A stretch of 64,000 bases of DNA from Eledone cirrhosa. Lineage: Eukaryota. Below are positions 1 through 11,936 of the stretch, piece by piece. How positions within the stretch are numbered: the stretch's first letter is position 1; each line of letters opens with the position of its first letter. The translations under genes and the position numbers were made by a program. The stretch is taken from assembly GCA_964016885.1 (NCBI GenBank), contig CAXHJY010000179.1, forward strand, positions 50,382-114,381, given 5' to 3'. The notes under the pieces were generated by a model, which did not search any database, had not been told where the DNA came from, and saw only the letters and a list, made by a program, of their open reading frames with translations.

Positions 1-1370
1 CCGGCTGCCCATGGGAACTCCTATATGCAGATGATCTAATGCTCATAGCTGAATCAATGGCCGAACTAGAGAAGAAATTCCAAACATGGAAGCATGGCCT
101 AGAATCAAAAGGCCTTAAAATTAACCTGTCTAAGACTAAAGTTCTAGTTTGTAGGAAGGAAAATAGGGCACCGGTCCCATCCGGGAAATGGCCATGTTCA
201 GTGTGTAGGAAAGGAGTAGGTAGAAACTCCATTTTATGTCCCAAATGCAAAGTATGGGTGCATAAAAGATGTAGTGGGATCACAGGTAAGCTAACTAAGA
301 ACATAGATTGTATATGTGGCTGGTGCTCTGGTGCAATAAGTAGCAGCAAGTGCCCACAAAATACTAGTTCATCCCATTGCACAGATGGTTCTATAGAAAT
401 AGTGGACAGCTTCCGTTACCTGGGTGACAAAATCAGCAGTAGGGGAGGGTGCTCTGAAAGTACAGTAGCTAGAGTCAAAACTGGATGGAAAAAGTTCAGA
501 GAGCTTATACCACTATTAGCCGCTAAAGGGTTCTCTCTAAAAATGAAAGGCAGGCTGTATGATGCCTGCATACGAACAGCAATGCTACATGGCAGTGAGA
601 CCTGGGCATTGTGTGCAGAGGATATACGCAGACTGGAGAGGAACAAAGCTTGCATGCTCTGCTGGATGTGTAATAATAATATACGTGAATGGCAAAGCAT
701 AAGCGAACTAAGGGAAAAATTAGAAATAAGAGGGATCAGATGTTGTTTACTCGAGAGAAGACTACGTTGGTAAGGTCACGTGATGCGCATGAAAGACGAC
801 AGCTGTATAAAAAAAGTGCAGGGCAATAAAAATAGACGGTAGCCACAGAGTAGGCAGACCCAGAAAAACCTGGGACGACTTGATAAATTCTGACCTCACA
901 CACTTACACCTCTCCAAGACAATGTCACTGGACCGAGATCTTTGGCGCTACACAGTAATACAGAAGACCCGCCTTACCTAAGTACAAAGTGAAACCTACT
1001 ACAGTCAGTAGGCACCTCTCACAAAAATACACCCCCGTCCCACTACCCCCACCCCATCCACACCACCCCTTTCAATGTAAAGTTATGTTATGTTGGTACC
1101 ACAACATCCAGTCCGAAACAAATGAGGTCGTGTAGGTGTCACGACAAAAAAACACACAGTCCACGCTGTAATGTGGCCGTGTAGGTAACACGGTAAAAAC
1201 CTCCCAGTCCACACTGTAAACGTGGTTGGTGTTAGGAAGGGCATCCAGCTGTAGAAAACCCGCCAGACAGTCCTATGCGAGCAAGACAACCACTCTTGCC
1301 TCAAGTGGGAAAACTCCCGTCCAAACCCATGCAAGTGTGGAAGATGGACGATGATGATGATGATGATGAT
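1..1370 (+). mobile_element. RTE-clade LINE, 3' part (RT C-terminus with PHD-finger insertion, 3' UTR, (GAT)n tail)
   Basis: Starts at GCPWELLYADD (RT catalytic motif); ORF 39..773 has KINLSKTKVL, a C4HC3 finger, FRYLG and RRLRW, then a premature stop; ends in (GAT)n followed by (AT)n. Confidence 0.93.
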
Positions 1371-1537
1371 ATATATATATATATTTTTTTTTTTAGTATA
1401 TGTTGGTTGTATACCAACACCTCAGTATGCAGATTGGAGCACTCGACGAAGTGCGCAGGTTGGTTTGGTTACTCTGGAGTAATGTAAAATAAAATAAAAT
1501 AAATAAGTCAAATGTTTAAAATTTGGCTTCGTTTATT

Positions 1538-1592
1538 ACTGTTATATATATTTCGGTGACAGCCATCTTTGGCTGTGACCTCTTCAGGCAGT
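1538..1592 (-). ncRNA. Minimal type I hammerhead ribozyme (Penelope-type)
   Basis: Minus strand: actgc-CTGAAGA-ggtcacagcc aaagat ggctgtcacc-GAAA-tatata-TA-acagt. Conserved core, stem II with one mismatch, palindromic short stem III, stem I actgc/acagt. Confidence 0.75.
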
Positions 1593-2456
1593 CCGAATTA
1601 GTGTGGTAGAGACGAGTACACATGTTGTTGAGGTGTTTAACTTTGTCAATACTCTGATATGCCCAGTTCCTGGTTGGGTTGTTATTTCACTGAGGAACTG
1701 GAATCACATGAATTTAAACAAACAAATTTCAGCGTCAAAGGGCCTCTTCTCCTCTCATTGGTCAGTTGTTAGAACATTCCTCAGTCAAAAGTCTAGAGAA
1801 ATTCATTCTGAGGCAAGCCAATCTGTAGTTGTTGTTCTTGTTATTGTTAGGTACATCTGACCTCTATTCTTATGTTGGTAGTGGTGTTGTTGTTGGAGTC
1901 AGCTCAAGGAATAAGATGGTAAAGGAACAAAATAAAATAAAATAGTCGAATAAACACTACAGGGAGCCTCACCCCAGAAAGAATTTCTATAGACTTTTGA
2001 CTGAGGAATGCTCTCAAAACTGACCAATGGGAAGAGTGACCTTACAAATCTTTATAACATTGAGATGGGTATAACACACACACACATTTTATTCGATTAT
2101 TTTATTTTATTTTGTTCCTTTACCATCTTATTCCTTCTACCACTTTATCATTTTTTTTAGCTGACTCCAACAACAACACCACTAACAACATAAGAATAGA
2201 GGTCAGATGTACCTAACAATAACAAGAACAACAACTACAGATTGACTTGCCTCAGAATGAATTTCTATAGACTTTTGACTGAGGAATGTTCTAACAACTG
2301 ACCAATGAGAGGAGAAGAGGCCCTTTGACGCTGAAATTCATATGATTCCAGTTCCTCAGTGAAATAATAACCCAACCAGGAACTGGGCATATCAGAGTAT
2401 TGACAAAGTTAAACACCTCAACAACATGTGTACTCATCTCTACCACACTAATTCGG

Positions 2457-2511
2457 ACTGCCTGAAGAGGTCACAGCCAAAGATGGCTGTCACCGAAATA
2501 TATATAGCAAT
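2457..2511 (+). ncRNA. Minimal type I hammerhead ribozyme (Penelope-type)
   Basis: actgc-CTGAAGA-ggtcacagccaaagatggctgtcacc-GAAA-tatata-TA-gcaat; mirror copy of 1538-1592. Confidence 0.75.
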
Positions 2512-2917
2512 AATAAACAAAGCCAAATTTTAAACATTTGACTTATTTATTTTATTTTATTTTATTTTATTTTATTTTATATATATATATATATATATAT
2601 TCTTTCTTATGGATGTGAGTTTTTGGTTATTTGAAGATATTAAAGAAGCATATATATATATGTATTCTCTTTTATGGATGTGAGTTTGGGTTATTTAGTT
2701 GTTTGAGGATATTAAAAGAAAAACGAGTGTATATCATAATCTGTAGTTAAGAAAATGTACTTATGAGTTTGTAGGAAAAGCACGTGGCTACAAATATATA
2801 TAAATATATATGTACGGTCAGTTAAGCTTTAAAGCTGTGTAGCTTGCTACTGACTTCGTAGAGAGAATTAAAAACACGTGTGTATACTTCAACAGTATAT
2901 AATATATATATATATTT

Positions 2918-4010
2918 GGCAGGAGGAGAGTAACTTGGTGGTGGAACAGTAAGGTGGAGGAGACAATCAAGGCCAAAAAGCAGGCTTGGAAAGTATGGCA
3001 GGATGGGGGAAGTAGAGAACACTATCAAGTGGCCAAGAGAGAAACTAGGAGACAAGTGTACCTTGCAAAAAGGGAAGCAGAGGATAGAAAGTTCAAGCAT
3101 GTTCTACAACATGAGGTGTTCAGGATTGCTAGACAATATGTCAAGGAAAACCATGATATTGTCGGGGAGAAGTGTGTCCGTAATGATAATGGTGTACTTG
3201 CCCTCACTGATACTGATAAGAAGATAGCTTGGAAGAGTCACTACGAGAGACTATTAAATGAGGAGAATAAATGGGAAAAAGATAGTCTGCCCCAAATTGA
3301 TCCAATAGAAGGACCAGCGGTGCAAGTTAAAGGTAGTATAATAAGTAAGGCAATCAAAGATATGAAGACAGGCAAGGCAGCTGGGCCTTCAGAGATAGTT
3401 GCTGAGATGTTGAAGGCATCTGGAATGGTGGGACATACTATGGTCACCTGTATAGTAAACCAAGTAATACAGAATGGGGTCATACCAAAAGACTGGCGTA
3501 GCAGCATCATCATTAACTGCTACAAGGGTAAAGGGGATGCTCTAGATAGGGGAAACTATAGAGGCATTAAGTTAGTTGACCAAGTCATGAAGGTCACAGA
3601 AAGAGTTATAGCGCAACTAATCAGAGAGCGAATTGATCTAGATGAAATGCAGTTTGGGTTTGTGTCAGGTAAAAGTACCACAGACACTCTTTTCCTTGTA
3701 CGACAACTACAGGAGAAGTACCTAGCTAAAAGTAAACCCATCTACTTAGCTTTTGTAGATCTAGAGAAAGCCTTTGACAGAGTCCCCTGCTCCATTATCT
3801 GGTGGGCTCTTAGAAAACTAGGTGTAAATGAATGGTTTGTGAGAGCTATACAAGCCATGTATAAAGAAACAGTCAGTAAGGTTAGAATTAACAATGAATA
3901 TTGTGAAGAATTTAGTGTAAAAGTTGGTGTTCATCAAGGCTCTGTCCTTAGCCCCCTCCTATTTATTATTGCCCTTCAGGCTATAACAGAGGAATTTAAG
4001 ACTGGCTGCC
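2918..4010 (+). mobile_element. RTE-clade LINE internal fragment (RT N-terminal half)
   Basis: ORF 2954..4030: KAAGPSEI, YKGKGDALDRGNYRGIKL, QFGF, FVDLEKAFDRV, GVHQGSVLSPLLF; breaks off just before YADD; preceded by (AT)n. Confidence 0.93.
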
Positions 4011-4029
4011 TATACCCAGGATACTCTTA

Positions 4030-4350
4030 AAAAAAGATACTATGCACACGTCATTCCCTTTCAACACCAGGATAAAAAGAAAACTATGGCACTGGCAAAT
4101 AGAGTGTGGGAGATGAAAGAGCTTGGGATCCCATATGAAATTAATTGGTCTATTTTAGACCAATCAAAAGAGTATGTTAAAGGCACAAGGCGTACCTTGT
4201 GTGTTACAGAAAAATATAGAATTCTACAAAATCTGAAATCTCCCAACACCTGTCTTAACTCTAAATCTGAATTTTTTTTAATTTGCCCACATATAAAAAC
4301 TCATCTCCTTTCTTGGCATCAAAATACCATTTTGGACACTTATCCATCTT
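4030..4350 (+). mobile_element. Penelope-like element GIY-YIG endonuclease C-terminal fragment
   Basis: ORF 4086..4352 LANRVWEMK..PYEINWSIL..LCVTEKYRI..LNSKSEF..CPH resembles the C-terminal motif of PLE endonucleases (W..K, CxLC..EK, LN...E...CxH). Confidence 0.7.
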
Positions 4351-4609
4351 GAACACACTCTCTTACTTTAAACACCCTGGACCTTTACCACGCATTCAAC
4401 ACTTATCTTATATTGCACCCTTATTTTATATTACACCTATTTTATTCATTTCTTCATTTCCTTTACTTTTACCTTGAACACTCTCTCTTATTTTAACCAC
4501 GAACACTCTATCTTATTTTAAATACCCTGGACCTTTTTACATATTCAACACTTATTTTATTTTATTTTATTTTACGCCCTTATTCTATTTTATATTCACT
4601 TATTGACTT

Positions 4610-4985
4610 CTTCAACCATTATCTTTGATAATTTTTCAAACTCTATGTTGAGATGGAGTTATTTCTGCTTAGTATATAAGACTTTCTCCCTCCTATTCAA
4701 ATATGAGGTGCTTTTTTCCAATGATAGCACTTATTCTATACTGGATTTTACTTTGCTGATTATATTTTGTTCACAGATCTTGGTGATTTGTCTTTTGCAC
4801 AAATGTTTGTGACAGTGTCTACAAAAATCTGCAAAGATGTTTTGATGTTGGTGGAGATGCGTGCATGTGTGAAAGACCAATCAACATGTGATAGCTCATT
4901 AATGATTGCATCCCAGTTGGCATTATAAAGATCCATGTCATCAAATGGGTGAGCTGGAGAGAAGTCATTGGATTTAGCTTTTGAC
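4610..4985 (-). mobile_element. Degenerate CR1/Jockey-group LINE ORF2 fragment (EN-RT linker)
   Basis: Minus strand translates SNDFSPAHPFDDMDLYNANWDAIINELSHVDWSF...LQIFVDTVTNICAK, resembling the ANW..I...L..DW linker of CR1-type ORF2. Confidence 0.5.
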
Positions 4986-5153
4986 TGAACTCAGAATGTA
5001 TAAAGTTGTAACTAAATACCAAAAAAGCATTTTGTTAAATGCTCTACTGATACTGCCAATCCACAACCTTAACAACAACAATAATACAATAATAATAATT
5101 ATGATGGTTATCTTGCATATGTCCATCTGGCTGCCAATAAATATTTTACTTAC

Positions 5154-5320
5154 CAATAACTTTATAAAACATCTTTATGCCGGTTTCGGAACTGCCATGA
5201 CAGGTCTGTATTATGGCTGATTTTGAGAAGGTTGTGAAGTTAAGAGTTTGAGATTGAAATATAGAATATTGGATATATTTTCCTCTCTTATATTTGTCAG
5301 TAATTTTTATTTTTAGACAT
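5154..5320 (-). CDS. CUB-like secreted protein, exon 6 of 6 seen (167 bp, phase 2-1)
   Basis: tttctattatatatcag|A...G|gtaagt; encodes CLKIKITDKYKRGKYIQYSIFQSQTLNFTTFSKSAIIQTCHGSSETGIKMFYKVI; in frame with the previous exon; parallels exon 13052-13215. Confidence 0.8.
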
Positions 5321-5629
5321 CTGATATATAATAGAAACAAAGATTAGTTTACCAATAGTCACAGATCTTTTTCTTTTTTACTTTTTCATTTGTATTTATA
5401 GCAAATAAGAAAATACTTGTTATGACACAACAATGAGACAGGATATGTCAATCCTACAAGTGACATGGGATACAACCCTGCTGACAGACAATGGAGATAT
5501 GCTTCAATACCAGTGTAAGAGCATTGTATACTTCAGAACTATTAATCAGCAGCAGCAGCAGATGCTTACTTACTCAGAGATACATAAAATTCACAGCAAG
5601 AATATATGTTTATTATATTATACATATAC

Positions 5630-7690
5630 TTTACTAGAAGGGAAGCAGAGGATAAAAAATTCAAGCATATTTTGCAGCATGAGGACCAGAAACAGGAGGT
5701 ATTCAGGATTGCGAGGCAGTGTGTTAAAGAAAATTGCGATGTCATCAGTGAGAAGTGTGTCCAGGATGATAAAAGTGCACTTGCCCTCACAGATGCTGAG
5801 AAGAAAGAAGCATGGAAGAGCCATTATGAAAGATTACTGAATGAAGAGATGCATTGGAGAAAGAGACCCTACCCCAAGCAGACCCCTTTGAGGACCCAGC
5901 AGTACAAGTCAGTAGCAGTGTAGTTAGTAAGGCAATTAAGGATATGAAGGCTGGGAAAGCAGCCGGTCATCAGGAATAGTTGCTGAGATGCTGAGGGCAT
6001 CTGGGTCAGTAGGACACACCATAACCACACGTATTGTAAACCAAGTAATACTGGATGGCGTCATACCATATGAGTGGTGTAGCATCATCATTGTCAACTG
6101 CTATAAGGGTAAAGAGGATGCACTAGATAGAGGTAACTATAGAAGTATAAAAATGATGGACCAGGTAATGAAAGTAACAGAGTCATAGCACAGTTGATTA
6201 GGGACAGGGTAAATCTAGATGAGATGCAGTTTGGATTTGTGCCAGGCAAAAACACAATTGATGCCCTCTTCCTTGTAAGACAGTTACAGGAAAAGTACCT
6301 AGCTAAAAGTAAGTATCTCTAGCATTTGTTGATCTGGAGAAAGCTTTCGACAGAGTGCCCCATGACATAATTTAGTGGGCTCTTAGAAAACTAGGAGTAG
6401 ATGAGTGGCTTGTGAATGCTGTACAAGCCATGTACAGAGGAACAGTCAGCAAAGTCAGGATTAACAATGACTATAGCGAGGAATTTAGCAAGTTGGCATC
6501 CACCAGGGCTCTGTTCTTAGCCCGCTCCTGTTTATTATCGTTTTGCAGGCTATAACAGAGGAGTTTAAGACCAGCTGCCCATGGGAACTTCTGTATGCAG
6601 ATGATCTTATGCTCATAGCTGATTCTATGGTGGAACTAGAAACTTCATCCTCTGCCCCATTTGCAAACTGTGGGTACACAAGAGATGTAGTGGGATCTCA
6701 GGAAGTTTGGCAAAGAATGTAGACTTTACATGTAGCAGTTGCACTGGAACAGTAAGCAGCAAATGACCGCAGGAAATAAGCACTAGCAAATTCTGAGAGG
6801 GCTCTGTAGAAACAGTAGACAGCTTCTGCTACCTAAGTGACCGAATTAGCAGCAGTGGTGAGTGTTCTGAAAGTACAGTAGCCAGAGTAAAAACGGGATG
6901 GAGAAAGTTCAGGGAGCTACTACCACCACTGACTACAAAAGGTTTCTCCCTCAGAATGAAAGGCAGACTGTATATGTGTGTGTACGAACAGCTATGTTGC
7001 ATGGTAGTGCGACTTGGGCGCTGTGTGCAGAAGACTTGCATAGATTGGAAAGAAATGAAGCCTGCATGCTCTGATGGATGTGTAATAGTAATATACGAGA
7101 ACAGTGAAGCATAAATGAACTGAGAGAGAAACTAGGCATAAGAGGTATCAAATGCTGTGTGCAGGAGAGGAGATTGCATTGGTATGGACATGTGTTGCGT
7201 ATGAAGGATGACAGCTGCATAAAAAAGTGCAGAGCACTCAAAGTCGTTGGAAGCCTTGGAGTGGGGAGACCCAAGAAGACCAGGGATGAGGTGATAAAAG
7301 CCGACCTTGCTGAATTGCACCTCTCAAAGGCGATGACACATGACCAGGATCTCTGGCGATACGCAGTAATACAGAAAATTCAACTTCCCACGAGCACAAG
7401 CTGAAGCATATATACTGTACGCCCCACCCCAACCCACCTCCCATAACCATCCTTGCAGGGGGGACAGGCCAAAGTAAATGTGGTTGTGTAGGTGTCACCA
7501 TAAAAAGCACCCAGTACTCACTGTAAATTGAGGTTGACATTGGGAAGACATCCAGCTAGAGAAACTAAGCCAGAACCAGTCCGGTATGCACAAGACAGGG
7601 TCATCTGACCTAGGATTGCCCACAACAGGACAATCCTACCTAACCCATGCTAGCGTGGAAAATGGACGTAAATACGGAGGTGATGATGAT
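5630..7690 (+). mobile_element. RTE-clade LINE, degenerate 5'-truncated copy
   Basis: Collinear with the other RTE copies (REAEDKKFKH, GNYR, LYADD, ERRLHWYGHV); frameshifts, stops and a deletion near 6645 that removes part of the PHD finger; (GAT) tail near 7690. Confidence 0.9.
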
Positions 7691-7739
7691 ATGTGCATAT
7701 ATACACAAATATGTATATATAGACCATGTGTGTATACAT

Positions 7740-7975
7740 TCAGCCCACACTGTAAAGTGATCATGTAGGTGTCACGACAAAAAGCACCCAGCCCACACTG
7801 TAAAGTGGACATGTAAAAGACACGGCAAAAAGCACCCAGCACACACTGTCAATGTGGTTGGCGTTAGGAAGGGCATCCAGCTGTAGAAAACCAACCAGAA
7901 AAACTCCTATATGAGCGAGACACGGTCACCCACCCCATGCTAGCATGGAAGATAGACGTTAATCAATGATGATTA
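7740..7975 (+). mobile_element. Short retroposon sharing the RTE 3' tail
   Basis: Repeated aaaaagcacccagcccacactgtaaagtg units, ggcgttaggaagggcatccagctgtagaaaa and cccatgctagcatggaa...gatgat. Related copies at ~10145-10300(-), ~28920-29077(+), ~32805-33058(+). Confidence 0.75.
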
Positions 7976-8175
7976 TAAACACTTGTATATATGTCTGTAT
8001 GCTCATGTTTCTATCCCATGACATAGCAGTTTGACAAAAAGAGATCACTAAAATAAGTACTGGGGGTTGATAAGATTAACTAAATCCTTTCAAGGTGATG
8101 TCCCAGCATGGCAGCAGTCGAATGACTGAAACCAATAAAAGAGTAACTAGTAGTTAATGTAATTAGCATACTTAC

Positions 8176-8344
8176 GTATAACGATAGACAGCCAAAGGAC
8201 TGATAATCACGTTGAAATGTATTCTGCACATACTGCAAGATTCCAGAACTAGCTTACATATTCCTGAACAGCGACTCATATGAATGTATCCTTCATCTCC
8301 CAGATTCAAATATGTGTATTTACTATCCACACACATTGTGAAAT
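8176..8344 (-). CDS. CUB-like secreted protein, exon 5 (169 bp, phase 1-2)
   Basis: tatatttag|AT...AC|gtaagt; encodes (N)FTMCVDSKYTYLNLGDEGYIHMSRCSGICKLVLESCSMCRIHFNVIISPLAVYRY(T); parallels exon 22171-22375. Confidence 0.8.
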
Positions 8345-8529
8345 CTAAATATATATATATATATATATGTATATATAATAATATGGAAATAACTGAATTT
8401 ATTTTTTTCACATCAGCATCATCTTCTCATTCTGGGTTGTTAGTCTATTTTATTTGAGGATAGATGGAAGAAGAAGAAGAAGGAGAAGGAGGAGAAGAAG
8501 AAGGAGAAGGAGGAGAAGAAGAAGAATGG

Positions 8530-9703
8530 TTTCATTTCATTTATTGGCCAGAGGGGCCAACATATCGAGTCAAAAATAGGAAAACAATAACAATTAAGAA
8601 GAAAAATACAACAATGAAAATTCCCCAATAGGGGGGGGGGGGGGGATAACCCCCTAGAGTTGATTCAGGTAGCCCACCAATCCTGAACCAGCCGATGCTT
8701 CAAGGGCACCCGGGAAGGGTATCCCTCTCCTCCTCAAATTCACCAGCCTACAGGCGCATGGTCAGAGTAGGCCCACTCACACGAGCCATTCTCGCCACAT
8801 TTATCCACCTTTCAGCAAATGTACTGGGGGGAGGGGAGGGGGGCAGCACTTCTCTCTCCACCCTCACCTTCCTTTCTAAGTTAAATTTGAAAGAGTTGAT
8901 GAGGGATTGGCCAAAGAGAAAAGTGTCTGTCTTCAGTCCTTTCAATCTGGTCCACCATATAACTTCTTTCGCTACTGCCACCAGACAGAGAAAAATTGCC
9001 TGCCCTTCCTAGCCAAAAGAAGGTGGCGGGTCGATCTTCACTGTGGATTCGGCCGATAGCCAGATCTGTTGTACATGCGACAAAAGCTGTTTGACATAAC
9101 TCCACAAGTCAGTAATGCACAGACAGTGGACGAGTGTGTGCAGAACAGTTTCGTCACTCTGTGCTTTTCTCGGGCAGAGCCATCTAACAGCACTTCTGTG
9201 ATGGTAGAGCTTATCTTGAACTGGCAGTACCCCCGCCGGTAGCACTGCCAAGCAAGGGATTTTTGTAAGTTATCCATCGTTCCCAACTCGAAAGTCCTCT
9301 GGAACAGATTGGTTAGTTCGACTTCATCGACACCCAGAGCCTCTCCGAGTGTGTCGTCGCACTTGTCCACCGCTAATGTTCTATAGAACTTGAGAGTTGA
9401 AGATCCACTGACCCCATAGCCCACCTAGTAGAGGGCAGTGAGTGCATGGCAACATTCCAGATGCCAGTCACCCAGTCTCGGTCTCTTCTTGACCCAGGAC
9501 TGCAGCTCAGTCAAAGAGACGAGCTGCGGAAAGGCCCCTCTGACAAACGGCGACCACACCTGTTCACCGTTTAGGCAGAATATCTGGAGATTCTGCAGCC
9601 TCAGTGCATGTCTGCGCATCATTAACCACGGCATGCCCAGCCCTCCGAGTAGAGGGTGCTGGCAACAGATGGACCGCCTCACCAACGGTCCCCGTTCCTA
9701 CTC
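8530..9703 (-). mobile_element. Tx1/L1-clade LINE, 5'-truncated 3' end
   Basis: Broken ORFs give HPLLGGLGMP, a degenerate CCHC knuckle CPRKAQSDETVLHTLVHC and AKEVIWWTR; AATAAA and (TGAAA) tail near 8530-8545. Confidence 0.8.
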
Positions 9704-9784
9704 TTAATATGGCAGAAAATAGAACTAACTTACAGGAGCAAAGTGAATCACATCTTGAAAGACTGAACCATCATAATAATAATA

Positions 9785-10003
9785 ATAATGGTTTCTGATT
9801 TAGGCACAAGGCCAGCAATTTGGGGGAAGGGGTAAGTCGATTAAATCAACCCCAATGCATTACTGGTACTTTATTTTATCAACCTTGTAAGGATAAAAGG
9901 CAGAGCTAACCATGGCAGGATTTGAACTCAGAACATAAATGGCCGTAACTCTGTGTGGCGAAGCATATCATTCGACACTCTACCAATACTGCCAATCCAC
10001 CAC
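9785..10003 (-). mobile_element. tRNA-derived SINE with Meta-like central domain
   Basis: Minus strand ggtggattggcagtattggtagag...gagttcaaatcc...ttttatcc..ttgataaaataaagtaccagt...ggccttgtgcctaaa. Related copies at ~12895-13025, ~25256-25442, ~31780-31885, ~33580-33730, ~37030-37195. Confidence 0.8.
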
Positions 10004-10819
10004 CCAAATAATAATAATAATAATAATAATAATAATTAGTTGTTGTCAACATGGTCATTGCCACCACCACCATCATCATCCTCATTATTATGATTCATAC
10101 TATCTCCATTGCCCTCATCATTGATGATATAAATATATATATGTATCATCATCATCATCATCATTTTACGTCCGCTTTTCCCTGCTTGCAAGGGTGAGAC
10201 GGGACGGGAACTGATTTTGGCTTGATTTCTACAGCTGGATGCCCTTCCTAACACCAACCTCATTTACAGTGAGTGCTGGGTGCTTTTTTGCCATGGCACT
10301 CCACGACCACTTTTCAGTGGAATGATAGGGACCCCAGTCCCTATCATCTCATTTCTACAGCTGAGTAAACTGGAGCAATGTGAAATAAAGTGTCTTGCTC
10401 AAGGAAACAACACATCACCCGGTCTGAGAATTGAACTCACAACCTTTCGATTGCAAGGCCAATGCTCTAACCACTAAGCCATGTGCCTCCATATACTGTA
10501 TAAAATGGTTGGTATTAGAAAGAGCATCCAGCTATAGAAATTATGGTAAACAAAGGCTTGAGAGAACTCTTCATTCACATCAAGGATATGCAGTTACTCT
10601 AGTGCTGGTGCAACAATAAAATACACCCAGTACACTCTGTAAAGTGGTTGGGATTAGGAAGAGCATCTAGCCATAAAAACTATTCTAAAACTGGAATGTA
10701 TGTAAGCAACAAGTGGTCTGTCAACCTATGTAGAAGGACAGTGGCTCCACTTATGTACTGACTTGGTCTGTAATGACACATCCAACTCATGCCAACATAG
10801 AAAAGCAGATACAAAATAA

Positions 10820-10828
10820 TGACAATGC

Positions 10829-10869
<41 letters not shown>

Positions 10870-10992
10870 AAAACGATAATGATGGTGATGATGATCTTAA
10901 TGATGATGATGATGATGATGATGATGAAGAAGACAAAAACGATAATGATGGTGATGATGATCTTAATGATGATGATGGTGATAATGATGATG

Positions 10993-11046
<54 letters not shown>

Positions 11047-11058
11047 GCGATGAAGACA

Positions 11059-11110
<52 letters not shown>

Positions 11111-11165
11111 CAATGCCAGCGATGATGATGATGATGATGATGAAGATGACAATAACAATGATGAT
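10820..11165 (+). repeat. (GCT)n/(GAT)n compound microsatellite
   Basis: Directly visible; produces the spurious poly-D, poly-M, poly-H, poly-S and poly-I ORFs. Confidence 0.97.
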
Positions 11166-11585
11166 CATAACAAAACAATAAAGGATTCTGTACTTACTTT
11201 GAAAATGTTCAAGAAAAGGTCTTTTTGCGTAGTTAAGCACATCTACAAATTCTATATAAAAAGAAATCATTTATAAAAACCATATTTTTCACTGATATGA
11301 ATATCTTTCATATTTTACTACAATTATTATTGAAGAAAGCTAAAATATCTTTATTTCCCTTATTTTCATTCTATACTTATCTTTTAAGAATGAAAAATTG
11401 TCAAAGAGGGTGCCTTGTATTTTTGTGCTTGGACGTTAGTGTTGTTCTAAATCCAGCAAGCTTAAACTGGGCATATAAAAGATAAAGAAACGATCATAAT
11501 ATATTAAAGGGAGGGGTGCGAGTCTGCATCCTGAATATATTTTTTTATCCCGTTAGTAAAATAAGTTAGATTACTTTGAATAAAT

Positions 11586-11773
11586 AATTGTTTCTACTTT
11601 TGGCACAAGGCCAGCAATTACCCAGTGCATTACTGGTACTTTATTTTATCGACCCCCGTAAGGATGAAAGGCAAAGTAAACCTCGGCGGGATTTGAACTC
11701 AGACCGTAAAGGGATGTAACTCTGCTGGAAAGCATAGCGTCCAACTCTCTACCGATACTGCCAATCCACTGCC
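11586..11773 (-). mobile_element. tRNA-derived SINE (full length)
   Basis: 5' ggcagtggattggcagtatcggtagag, B-box-like gagttcaaatccc, 3' gtagaaacaatt. Confidence 0.85.
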
Positions 11774-11936
11774 ATTATATATAAGAATATTTATGTCTAA
11801 TCAACAGCTATGAAATTTAGTACAAAGCCTATGTAATATTCATTCATTACTTTGAATAAATAATGAATGAATATTACATAGGTTTTGTACTAAATTTCAT
11901 AGCTGTTGATTAAACATAAATATTCTTATATATAAT
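11774..11936. repeat. Near-perfect ~75-bp-arm palindrome between two SINEs
   Basis: attatatataagaatatttatg...attcattcatta | ctttgaataaa | taatgaatgaat...cataaatattcttatatataat. Confidence 0.9.

Larger units (their letters stand above)
1485..2580. mobile_element. Penelope-like element terminal sequence arranged as an inverted repeat (~470-490 bp arms)
   Basis: 1485-1954 is the reverse complement of 2088-2580 with few differences; each arm carries a hammerhead motif followed by AATAAA, as in Penelope-like pLTRs. Confidence 0.75.

Noticed and set aside
10680-11276. Poly-Asp, poly-His, poly-Ser, poly-Met and poly-Ile ORFs
   Set aside because: All are frames of a (GAT)n microsatellite.
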